Part shown: one piece after another, positions 49,442 to 57,143 of the stretch | Position numbering within the stretch: the first letter of the stretch is position 1 | Layout of the letters: every line of letters begins with the position of its first letter | DNA from: an uncultured Candidatus Planktophila sp. | Lineage (GTDB): Bacteria > Pseudomonadota > Alphaproteobacteria > Rhodobacterales > Rhodobacteraceae | Direction: 5' to 3' | Assembly (NCBI GenBank): GCA_964352385.1 | Contig: CAYGRU010000004.1 | Coordinates: 27,926-91,925, forward strand | DNA: 64,000 nt | Position numbers and translations under genes: made by a program | The notes under the pieces: model-generated | What the model saw: only the letters and a program-made list of their open reading frames with translations | Databases searched by the model: none | Told to the model about the DNA's origin: nothing

Positions 49442-50538
49442 GCGTCCGCCAGCGCGGCAGGCAAGGCGGCCTCGAACGCGTCAAGGTCGGCGTCCGTTCC
49501 GGCGCTGACGCGGATGCAGCGGTTTTGGGGGGCCACGAAGGGCATTCGCACGAAGATGCCGCGCGCGATCAGCCCATCCAGCACCGCCTTGGCGAAGGTG
49601 CCATCACGTCCGCAATCAATCGTCACGAAATTGGTGGCAGAGGGCAGCGGTTTCAGGCCGTTCGCGACCGCGATCCGGCTGATCCTTTCGCGGGCATCGG
49701 CAACGGCGCGGGTCACATAGGGCAGCCAGTCGGCATCGGCCAGCGACGCGAGCGCCCCGGCCTGCGCGACACGGTTCACGCCGAAATGGTTGCGCACCTT
49801 GTTGAAGGCGGTGGCAAGATCCGCATGGGCAATCGCATAGGCCACCCGCGCCCCGGCCATGCCATAGGATTTGGAAAAGGTGCGAAACCGGATCACGCGC
49901 CGGTCTTCGGGGTCGATCAATGGCGCGGTGCCATCGGGCGCGAAGTCGACATAGGCCTCGTCGAGGCACAGCAATGCGCCGGGCGGCACGGCCTCGATCA
50001 AATCCTGCATCTGGGCGGCGGGCCACCAGCCACCCATCGGATTGTCGGGATTGGCAAAGTATATCAGCCGCGCCTGTTCGGCCCTGGCAAGGGCGATCAG
50101 GGTTTCGGGGTCTTCCCGGTCATCGACATAAGGCGTTGTGACAAGCCGCCCGCCATATCCGGCAACGTGGAAGTTGAAGGTGGGATAAGCGCCCAGCGAC
50201 GTCGCGACGGTCACGCCGGGTTCCACGAACATCCGGTTGATATAGCCGAACATGCCGTCAATCCCCTCGCCGACGACGATGTTGTCGGGGCCGACACCAT
50301 GTTTGACCGCGAGCGCATGGCGCAGATCGTGGTTTTCCGGGTCGCCATATTTCCAGATTTCCGCCGCTGCCGCCGTCATTGCGGCGATGGCTTTCGGCGA
50401 GGGGCCGAACACGCTTTCATTCGCGCCGAGCCGGGCGGCGAAGACCGCGCCGCGCGCCCGCTCTTGCGTCTCTGGCCCGACGAAGGGAACGGTCGAGGGC
50501 AGGCTTTCCACCAGCGGGGTGTAATTGGGTCTGGTCAA
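49414..50538 (-). CDS. histidinol-phosphate aminotransferase family (class II PLP aminotransferase)
   Basis: LGANESVFGPSP, NPDNPMG, RTFSKSYGMAGARVAY (PLP Lys). Proposed TTG start overlaps the upstream stop (TTGA at 50535-50538), GGGAG RBS. Confidence 0.75.
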   Translation of the reverse strand: MTRPNYTPLVESLPSTVPFVGPETQERARGAVFAARLGANESVFGPSPKAIAAMTAAAAEIWKYGDPENHDLRHALAVKHGVGPDNIVVGEGIDGMFGYINRMFVEPGVTVATSLGAYPTFNFHVAGYGGRLVTTPYVDDREDPETLIALARAEQARLIYFANPDNPMGGWWPAAQMQDLIEAVPPGALLCLDEAYVDFAPDGTAPLIDPEDRRVIRFRTFSKSYGMAGARVAYAIAHADLATAFNKVRNHFGVNRVAQAGALASLADADWLPYVTRAVADARERISRIAVANGLKPLPSATNFVTIDCGRDGTFAKAVLDGLIARGIFVRMPFVAPQNRCIRVSAGTDADLDAFEAALPAALADAQDSIGASA

Positions 50539-51560
50539 GGGAGGCTCCCGTCTGGATGGTTGTGAGGCTGGTCCATGCCTCCGGCGGGGATATTTGAAGA
50601 AGAGAAGGGCGCGCGCAAGAGGCCTTCGCTGCATGCCCAGCGCGCCATATCCATCAGACCCGTCGCAAGGTCGATCCGGGGCGTTGGCAGGCCGGGCGGG
50701 TGCGGCAGGTCGGGGTCGGCGGACCAGTCCGGGTGCAGGATTTCGCGTGCCTTGCCTTTGGTGACCATCCCCGCGCCGCCGGTGATGCGGTTCAAGATGC
50801 TGCCTGCCGCGCCGAGCGCTCGCAAGGCGGGCGCGGGCAGGCGCAGCGGGCGCGGGGTATGGCCGAGCACCCGTGAGGCAGTCACTGTCAATTCGCGCCA
50901 AGTGTAACCGTCGCGGCGCTGGTCGGTCAGCTCCGTGATCATGCCGGAGGGGCCAGCACCAATCTGGCTCACGATCGCCGCCGCCGCGTCGCGCGCGTCG
51001 ATCATGGCGACCCGCGCCGCCGGTGCGTTCAGCATCACCTGAAATGGCCCATTGGCGAGTTTCAAGACCTTGAGGCTTTCGGTGTCATAAGCGCCATAGA
51101 TGGCAGCGGGGCGCAGGACCCGCCAGCGCGATCCGGCATCTGCTGCGTTCTTCAAGGCCAGTTCGGCGGCATGTTTCGAATGCGCATAGTCCGACAACAG
51201 GGGTGCGCGCGCGGCCATCGAGGAGACGAGCGTGAAATCCGCCCCTGGCGCGGCTTTGCGCCATGCCGCCGCGATGGCGGCGGTGCCGCCGACATTCGTG
51301 CGGATGAAGGTCGCGCGGTCGGGTGCGGTCACTGCGCCCGCAAGATGCAGGATCGCATCCGCGCCCGTGCACAAAGCCTCCAGCGCCGGGCTGTCGGCGA
51401 TGCCGCCGGGGATCAGTGCGATGGGGATGTCAGCCAGTTCGGGCAGATCGGGCGCGCTGCGCGTCAGCATCCTGACCTGCCATCCGGCATCGTGCAGGGC
51501 GCGGATCAGGTGGCGACCCAGAAAGCCGGTTCCGCCGGTCAGGGCGGCGATGCGCGTCAT
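50535..51560 (-). CDS. NAD(P)-dependent epimerase/dehydratase (extended SDR) family protein
   Basis: MTRIAALTGGTGFLGRHLIRAL (TGxxGxxG), catalytic YAHSK (YxxxK). ATG overlaps the upstream stop (ATGA). Confidence 0.8.
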   Translation of the reverse strand: MTRIAALTGGTGFLGRHLIRALHDAGWQVRMLTRSAPDLPELADIPIALIPGGIADSPALEALCTGADAILHLAGAVTAPDRATFIRTNVGGTAAIAAAWRKAAPGADFTLVSSMAARAPLLSDYAHSKHAAELALKNAADAGSRWRVLRPAAIYGAYDTESLKVLKLANGPFQVMLNAPAARVAMIDARDAAAAIVSQIGAGPSGMITELTDQRRDGYTWRELTVTASRVLGHTPRPLRLPAPALRALGAAGSILNRITGGAGMVTKGKAREILHPDWSADPDLPHPPGLPTPRIDLATGLMDMARWACSEGLLRAPFSSSNIPAGGMDQPHNHPDGSLP

Positions 51561-53329
51561 GTCGCCAGAGGGACAGGCCGCAATGCGGGGTCGAACTGCC
51601 CGTCGAGATACATCAGGCGGGCCTTGGCGCGGCTGAGCTTGCCGGAGGATGTGCGCGGCAGCTCGCCATTTTTCGCCAGCACCACCCGTGCCTCCACCCC
51701 GTGTGCGGTGCGCGCGATGGCGTGCACGTCCTCGCGAAACCCGGCGCGATCTTCGGCATCGCGCAGGCGACATTCGGCGACGATCACGACCTCTTCCTCG
51801 ATCCGCGCGCCGCTGTCGTCAGGGGTGACTGCGAACGCCGCGACGCCGCCCTCGCGCACGTGATCGACCTTGCGTTCCACCGTCCATTCGATGTCTTGCG
51901 GCCAGAGGTTGCGGCCATTGACGATCATCAGGTCCTTGGCGCGCCCGGTGATGACCACCTGCCCGCCGCGCAGAAACCCGAGATCGCCGGTATCGAGCCA
52001 GCCATCGCTGAGATGGTCCGCCGTGGCCTGCGGGTCGCCATAATATTCGCGCATCAGGCTCGGTCCGGCGGCGAAGATGCGCCCGACCTGCCCTTCCGCA
52101 AGCGCCGCGCCGGACGGGCCGCGGATTTCGATCCGGTGGCCGGGCAGGGCAGGGCCGCAATAGGCGAAATCACGGGCTGCACGACCATCGTTGGGGCCGA
52201 CGGCGCGTGCCTCCATCTCCCGCTCCAGCGCGTCGAGATCCAGCCGTTCGGTCACAAGGCCCTGACCGATGGGCGCAAAGGCGAGCGCGAGCGTCGTCTC
52301 TGCCATGCCATAGCTTGGGGTGAAGGCACCGGCGCGGAACCCCGCCTCGGCGAAGGTTTCGGCAAAGGCTTTGATGATCGGTGCCTTGATCATGTCGCCG
52401 CCGATCCCGGCGATGCGCCATGTCGACAGGTCCATCCGATCAGGCGCCTTGCCGCGCGTGCGCCGCTGCACGAGGTCATACCCGAAGGATGGCGCATAGG
52501 TGACGGTGGCGCGGTTGCGGTCGATCAGTTCCAGCCACAACAGCGGGCGGCGCACGAAATCCTTGGTGGACAGCAGGTCGGCAGAGAACTGATTCGCGAT
52601 CGGCGACAGAAAGCAGCCGACCAGCCCCATGTCGTGATAGAGCGGCAACCAGCTGACCCCCCGGTCCCCTGCCGCGAAATGCAGCCCATGTGCCGAGATC
52701 GCCGCAAGGTTCGCCATCATCGCACGATGCGTCACCGCCACGCCCTTCGGCGACCCGGTGGTGCCGGACGAGAATTGAAGATAGGCGAGCGCATCTGGGT
52801 CGGATGCGGGCAGGGGGATCGGCCCCGATGCCTCCGGCAGCGCTGCGAGGCGGCCGCAGAACGAAAGGTCGACACCGGTCATCGCCTCGCGCACCCAGGA
52901 TTCGTATTCCGCCGGGGCAAAAACAGCGCGGGCACCGGCGACGGCGACGATGCGCCGAAGCTGGTCATTATAAGCCTCCCGCGCGCCAAAGGCGACGGGC
53001 AGGGGCAGCGGCGCGGGCACCAGGCCGGCCAGCAACGCGCCGCAGAAGGCGCGCGCGAAATCCGGCTCCGTCTCGGCGACGATGGCGACCCGGTCGCCGG
53101 GGTTCAGCCCGGCAGCGCGCAGCCGTATCGCAACCGCACCGGCATCGGCGCGCAGCCGTGCATAGGTCAGCGTCTCCGTCACCTCGCCGCGTGCGTTGTA
53201 GAACGTGAATCCCGAATGGCCGGTCGCGGCATAGTTCATCGCCTCCACAAATGTTGTGAAGTCGGCGGGGCGGAAGGGCACCCCGCTGTCCGTCGGCGCG
53301 GCAGTTTCAAGATCAGTCTTCAGCGTCAT
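51557..53329 (-). CDS. fatty acyl-AMP ligase / AMP-dependent synthetase
   Basis: LQFSSGTTGSPKGV (A3 core), YGMAETT, GWLDTGDLG, GRAKDLMIVNGRN, PRTSSGKLSR (A10). The FAAL-type N-terminus (FTTFVEAMNYAA...) resembles FadD32-like ligases. Confidence 0.8.
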   Translation of the reverse strand: MTLKTDLETAAPTDSGVPFRPADFTTFVEAMNYAATGHSGFTFYNARGEVTETLTYARLRADAGAVAIRLRAAGLNPGDRVAIVAETEPDFARAFCGALLAGLVPAPLPLPVAFGAREAYNDQLRRIVAVAGARAVFAPAEYESWVREAMTGVDLSFCGRLAALPEASGPIPLPASDPDALAYLQFSSGTTGSPKGVAVTHRAMMANLAAISAHGLHFAAGDRGVSWLPLYHDMGLVGCFLSPIANQFSADLLSTKDFVRRPLLWLELIDRNRATVTYAPSFGYDLVQRRTRGKAPDRMDLSTWRIAGIGGDMIKAPIIKAFAETFAEAGFRAGAFTPSYGMAETTLALAFAPIGQGLVTERLDLDALEREMEARAVGPNDGRAARDFAYCGPALPGHRIEIRGPSGAALAEGQVGRIFAAGPSLMREYYGDPQATADHLSDGWLDTGDLGFLRGGQVVITGRAKDLMIVNGRNLWPQDIEWTVERKVDHVREGGVAAFAVTPDDSGARIEEEVVIVAECRLRDAEDRAGFREDVHAIARTAHGVEARVVLAKNGELPRTSSGKLSRAKARLMYLDGQFDPALRPVPLAT

Positions 53330-53546
53330 GACACTCTTATGGCTGGCGCGCACGGGTCGCGGCACACGAACTCGCGTTGGCGTCTAGCACTTTCATACCG
53401 GGGGCGGAACCCCCGGCGGATGCACACAATATGTCAGGTTCCGGCATGTGATGGTCGCTCGCGAAAAAGGCGGATTGATCTTTGCCGCGAAACTGTGCGC
53501 TGTCTGCCGACCGCAGGCAGGACACGCAGTCAGGGGAGCCAGTGAG

Positions 53547-55061
53547 ATGAGCCGTCCGAATATCCTAATCATCATGGTGGACCAGTTGAACGGCACGCTG
53601 TTCCCCGATGGCCCGGCGGACTGGCTCCATGCGCCGCATCTGAAGGCGCTGGCGGCGCGGTCGACCCGGTTTCAGAACGCCTATACCGCCTCGCCGCTCT
53701 GCGCGCCCGGTCGGGCCAGCTTCATGTCAGGCCAGTTGCCGTCGCGCACGCGGGTCTATGACAACGCCGCCGAATTCGCATCCGACATCCCGACCTATGC
53801 GCATCATCTGCGCCGCGCGGGGTATTACACCTGCCTGTCGGGCAAGATGCATTTCGTCGGGCCGGATCAGTTGCACGGGTTCGAGGAGCGGCTGACCACC
53901 GATGTCTATCCCGCCGATTTCGGCTGGACGCCGGATTACCGCAAGCCGGGCGAGCGGATCGACTGGTGGTATCACAACATGGGGTCGGTCACAGGCGCGG
54001 GGGTGGCGGAGATCACCAACCAGCTTGAATTCGATGACGAGGTGGCGGCCCATGCGGTGCAGAAGATCTATCAGCTTTCGCGCGGGCTGGAGGATCGGCC
54101 CTGGTCGCTGACCGTCAGCTTCACCCACCCGCATGACCCCTATGTGGCGCGGCGGAAATACTGGGACCTCTATGAGGATTGCGCGCATCTGGAGCCGACC
54201 GAGGCCCCCTATGCGTTTGAGGATTACGACGCCCATTCGCAGCGGATCATGCTGGCCAACGACTACACCGCCTTCGACATCACGCCCGACGATGTGCGCC
54301 GGTCGCGCCGCGCCTATTTCGCCAATATCTCCTATCTCGATGACAAGATCGGCGAGATCCTGCGGGTGCTGGCGGAGACGCGGCAGGTGGACAATACCAT
54401 CGTCGCCTTCGTGTCGGATCATGGCGACATGCTTGGGCAGAAGGGGCTGTGGTTCAAGATGAACTTCTATGACGGCTCCGCCCGCGTGCCGCTGATGATC
54501 GCCGCGCCGCAGATGAAGCCGGGGCTGGTGACCGCGCCGGTGTCCACCATCGACATGGCCCCGACGCTGGCCGATCTGGCCGGGGTGTCGATGGCGGAGG
54601 TGATGCCCTGGACCGATGGCGAAAGCCTTGTGCCACTGGGGCAGGGCGGGGCGCGGACCGCGCCCGTGGCGATGGAATACGCGGCGGAGGCATCGCAGGC
54701 CCCGCTGGTATCGCTGCGTTATGGCAAGTGGAAATACAACCGCTGCGCGCTGGACCCGGACCAGTTGTTCGACATGGAGGCGGACCCGCTGGAGGTCCGC
54801 AATCTGGCCGCCGACCCGGCGCATCAGGGGACGGTCACATCGCTGCGGGCCAAATCCGAGGCGCGATGGGACCTTGCGAAGTTCGACGCTGAAGTGCGCG
54901 AAAGCCAGGCGCGCCGCTGGGTGGTGTACGAGGCGCTGCGCAAGGGCGGCTATTACCCGTGGGATTTCCAGCCGCTGCAGAAGGCATCGGAGCGGTATAT
55001 GCGGAACCACATGGATTTGAACGTGCTGGAGGAGAGCAAGCGGTTTCCGAGGGGGGAGTGA
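53547..55061 (+). CDS. betC: choline-sulfatase
   Basis: Near-colinear by eye with Sinorhizobium meliloti BetC as I remember it: PNILIIMVDQLNG, SPLCAPGRASF (formylglycine C-x-P-x-R), FEERLTTDVYPADFGWTPDYRKPGERIDWWYH, native C-terminus ...ESKRFPRGE. Confidence 0.93.
   Translation: MSRPNILIIMVDQLNGTLFPDGPADWLHAPHLKALAARSTRFQNAYTASPLCAPGRASFMSGQLPSRTRVYDNAAEFASDIPTYAHHLRRAGYYTCLSGKMHFVGPDQLHGFEERLTTDVYPADFGWTPDYRKPGERIDWWYHNMGSVTGAGVAEITNQLEFDDEVAAHAVQKIYQLSRGLEDRPWSLTVSFTHPHDPYVARRKYWDLYEDCAHLEPTEAPYAFEDYDAHSQRIMLANDYTAFDITPDDVRRSRRAYFANISYLDDKIGEILRVLAETRQVDNTIVAFVSDHGDMLGQKGLWFKMNFYDGSARVPLMIAAPQMKPGLVTAPVSTIDMAPTLADLAGVSMAEVMPWTDGESLVPLGQGGARTAPVAMEYAAEASQAPLVSLRYGKWKYNRCALDPDQLFDMEADPLEVRNLAADPAHQGTVTSLRAKSEARWDLAKFDAEVRESQARRWVVYEALRKGGYYPWDFQPLQKASERYMRNHMDLNVLEESKRFPRGE
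55049..55059. repeat. left arm of 11-bp inverted repeat GAGGGGGGAGT flanking the low-GC islet
   Basis: Overlaps the last betC codons and stop. Its reverse complement ACTCCCCCCTC occurs at 57133-57143. Confidence 0.6.
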
Positions 55062-55213
55062 GAGGGGAGATATAGATTTGAAGAGGCGGATCAGAGACTG
55101 CGTTTGCTTGAGATGGTTTTGGCGGGAAGCCGTCATTCGCTGGGCAAGCTGATTAGCGGTGGTAATGTGCAAGGAAGTTGACACGCTCCTAATCGGCTAA
55201 AGTGGTGCACTGG

Positions 55214-55837
55214 CTATTTTGAGTAAGGTGCAAGCCTCAAGCGTTCATCAATTTTGTATGCCATCTCATACATCAGATCATATACTGCATCTTCAAACCC
55301 TCTATAATAAGCAATCTCTGCAATGAGATCCCGCTTTCCATGCGCGATATTATTGCGCCTGGTGACTAATGTAGAAATCTTTAATCGATGCGTATTTATT
55401 GCGTCCAGCGTAATATCCGCCTTTTCAAGGAGATCCTCAAGAACGTTGGGCCAAAGGTTAGATTTTGTATCAACTTCCGGAAAGTCTGGGCTGGGATTGT
55501 AGAACGCGACTTGGAATTTTTCTAGCTCGCTAAGAAGTGGCTCCGCCTGAAGGCTGCGCAATGTCTTTAGCTTTTTTTCCAAAGCGAATAGGCGTGTCTT
55601 AACTGGGAGTGAACCGCAATTATCAACTGCCAACTTAGCGTAATCATAAAATACCGTGAGCGCAGTTTTCGAGAATCCCTCGTAGTGAGCGTATAGAATA
55701 GCCCATGAAACCCTCAATAAAACAGATTTTTGACTGTCACTTACATCCGCCCTTGACAAAAGGAGTTTCAAAGAGCCGAGCTCCATCTCACGCCAGTTTA
55801 GGTCGTCTGTTATGATATCAAGGGGTGATAGAGTCAC
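55214..55837 (-). CDS. HEPN-domain protein (predicted RNase; resembles the MAE_28990/RiboL-PSP-type HEPN proteins associated with DUF262)
   Basis: All-helical 207-213 aa ORF with TLVTRRNNIAHGKRD, i.e. the R-N-x-x-x-H HEPN motif (codons at 55340-55357). Preferred start is GTG 55837 (AGGA 8 nt upstream); alternatives are TTG 55855 and ATG 55786. Overlaps the 3' end of the DUF262 gene. Confidence 0.75.
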   Translation of the reverse strand: MTLSPLDIITDDLNWREMELGSLKLLLSRADVSDSQKSVLLRVSWAILYAHYEGFSKTALTVFYDYAKLAVDNCGSLPVKTRLFALEKKLKTLRSLQAEPLLSELEKFQVAFYNPSPDFPEVDTKSNLWPNVLEDLLEKADITLDAINTHRLKISTLVTRRNNIAHGKRDLIAEIAYYRGFEDAVYDLMYEMAYKIDERLRLAPYSK

Positions 55838-56930
55838 AGAGATAATCCTGCACAACTTGGATTCTTGAATTCAATTTCGGGATTGTGTTTGCACCTGGTC
55901 CAGTTGCGTTTTTGAAATCACTACTTTCAAACGCACTCACTAACCGCGAAATAAGAATATCTTTTTCCACAGCCTCTAATTTATCGTACTGTTCTACGAA
56001 CGCCACGCAAACCGCTTCATAATAGGCAGGCGCTAAACGACCAGTTGCTTCCCCATGTGTGTTGAACCGGGTGAATGCTTGATCGCCAAGTTTTTCGGAT
56101 ATGATCCGAAAGGTTTTATTGAAAAGTGCTTCCATGCTTTCGTGATCGAAAGCGTGATCTTCGAACAGGACGCCCTCCATATAACCATCAAGCCACTCTT
56201 CGATGTTTCCCTTGAACATGTCCCGGAAATTGACCAACGCGAAGAATCGAAGCACTAGTTCCTCATCTGCACGCTGCTCTTTCATACTGTCGGGAAGGCG
56301 AGCAGTCGCCAAAACAAAAGGCGGAAACTGTGCGAGTTTTTGGAGAAGTTCGTAGAATTTTGCCCCACCATCGATCATTCGCGATGAACAGTTACGTATC
56401 TCTTGAGCGGAAAGCAGTGAGCCACCTGTGTTGAGTCGCTTAAACAATTCATATTTTACAAATGCGTCACCAGATTTATTGATGATTGTAGCTCGGATAG
56501 GTGTTCTTTTTATTTTTAGGCGCGTCACGGTATCAATAGTGTTTAAAGTCTTTCCGTTCAATTCTTTGATGAAATCACATCCCTCAAGAACCAATTCGGG
56601 CTGGTCTATCGCTTCATGGTCCAAAAATTGAAGAACAGAACTCGTTCTTTGTAGGCCGTCAATGAGTTCAAGAATTCCTTTATCATTTTCAATAAGAAAT
56701 ATGGGGGGGATCGGAAGTCCCATTACTATCGACTCTATTAGTCGCGAGCGTTGCTCATTACTCCATCTAAAGAGCCGTTGATATTCTGGGCGTATAACGA
56801 TTTCTTTATCTCGGTGAAGATTAAGGAGTTCGCCAAAAGAAAAATCCACCGCCGTCGTGCGTATTTGGCGATCATGAGCATTCGATTCCGTATCATTCAC
56901 GAGCGAAAAATCTCCAAAAATCCCTAGCAA
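55818..56930 (-). CDS. DUF262 domain protein (ParB/sulfiredoxin-fold, GmrSD N-terminal-like) without fused DUF1524/HNH nuclease
   Basis: IRPEYQRLFRWSNEQRSRLIESIVMGLPIPPIFL and LIDGLQRT (variant of DGQQR, codons 56646-56660). The C-terminal about 230 aa are helical with no H-N-H-type motif. Only non-ATG starts are available (TTG 56930 or GTG 56900). Confidence 0.8.
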   Translation of the reverse strand: MLGIFGDFSLVNDTESNAHDRQIRTTAVDFSFGELLNLHRDKEIVIRPEYQRLFRWSNEQRSRLIESIVMGLPIPPIFLIENDKGILELIDGLQRTSSVLQFLDHEAIDQPELVLEGCDFIKELNGKTLNTIDTVTRLKIKRTPIRATIINKSGDAFVKYELFKRLNTGGSLLSAQEIRNCSSRMIDGGAKFYELLQKLAQFPPFVLATARLPDSMKEQRADEELVLRFFALVNFRDMFKGNIEEWLDGYMEGVLFEDHAFDHESMEALFNKTFRIISEKLGDQAFTRFNTHGEATGRLAPAYYEAVCVAFVEQYDKLEAVEKDILISRLVSAFESSDFKNATGPGANTIPKLNSRIQVVQDYLCDSITP

Positions 56931-57132
56931 GGCTACCCAATTTGTGACCAGAAGCGCAACTGATTAGTTGAACCTCTACACCAGGCATCCCGAGTGCGTT
57001 GACGCGATAGTCGGGAATCCTGTTATAGAGTGCCCTTCTCAATCATTTATTTGGTCCTGATATTGCGTCAAAGTTATCGCTGAATCGCAGGAACAACAAG
57101 TATAATCAAGCTTAGCTTTTAGTCGATAGGGG

Positions 57133-57143
57133 ACTCCCCCCTC
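57133..57143. repeat. right arm of 11-bp inverted repeat (ACTCCCCCCTC)
   Basis: Reverse complement of 55049-55059. Overlaps the betI stop codon (57142-57144). Confidence 0.6.

Larger units (their letters stand above)
55062..57141. other. horizontally acquired low-GC islet (about 2.1 kb) carrying the DUF262 + HEPN gene pair
   Basis: Hand-counted 100-nt samples: 42 % GC (55261-55360) and 38 % GC (56461-56560), versus 62 % (54001-54100) in adjacent betC. Bounded by the stop codons of convergent betC and betI. No integrase, transposase or tRNA. Confidence 0.85.

Noticed and set aside
55150-56970. Short direct repeat CTGATTAG near both ends of the islet (about 55148 and about 56959), considered as a target-site duplication
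   Set aside because: It is only 8 nt, lies at unequal distances from the GC boundaries, and is easily expected by chance in AT-rich DNA.
55062-57141. Possibility that the islet is an insertion sequence, integron cassette, prophage remnant or restriction-modification system
   Set aside because: There is no transposase, integrase, attC-like imperfect palindrome of the expected size, phage structural gene or methyltransferase in any frame. Only the 11-bp border repeat hints at a mobility mechanism.
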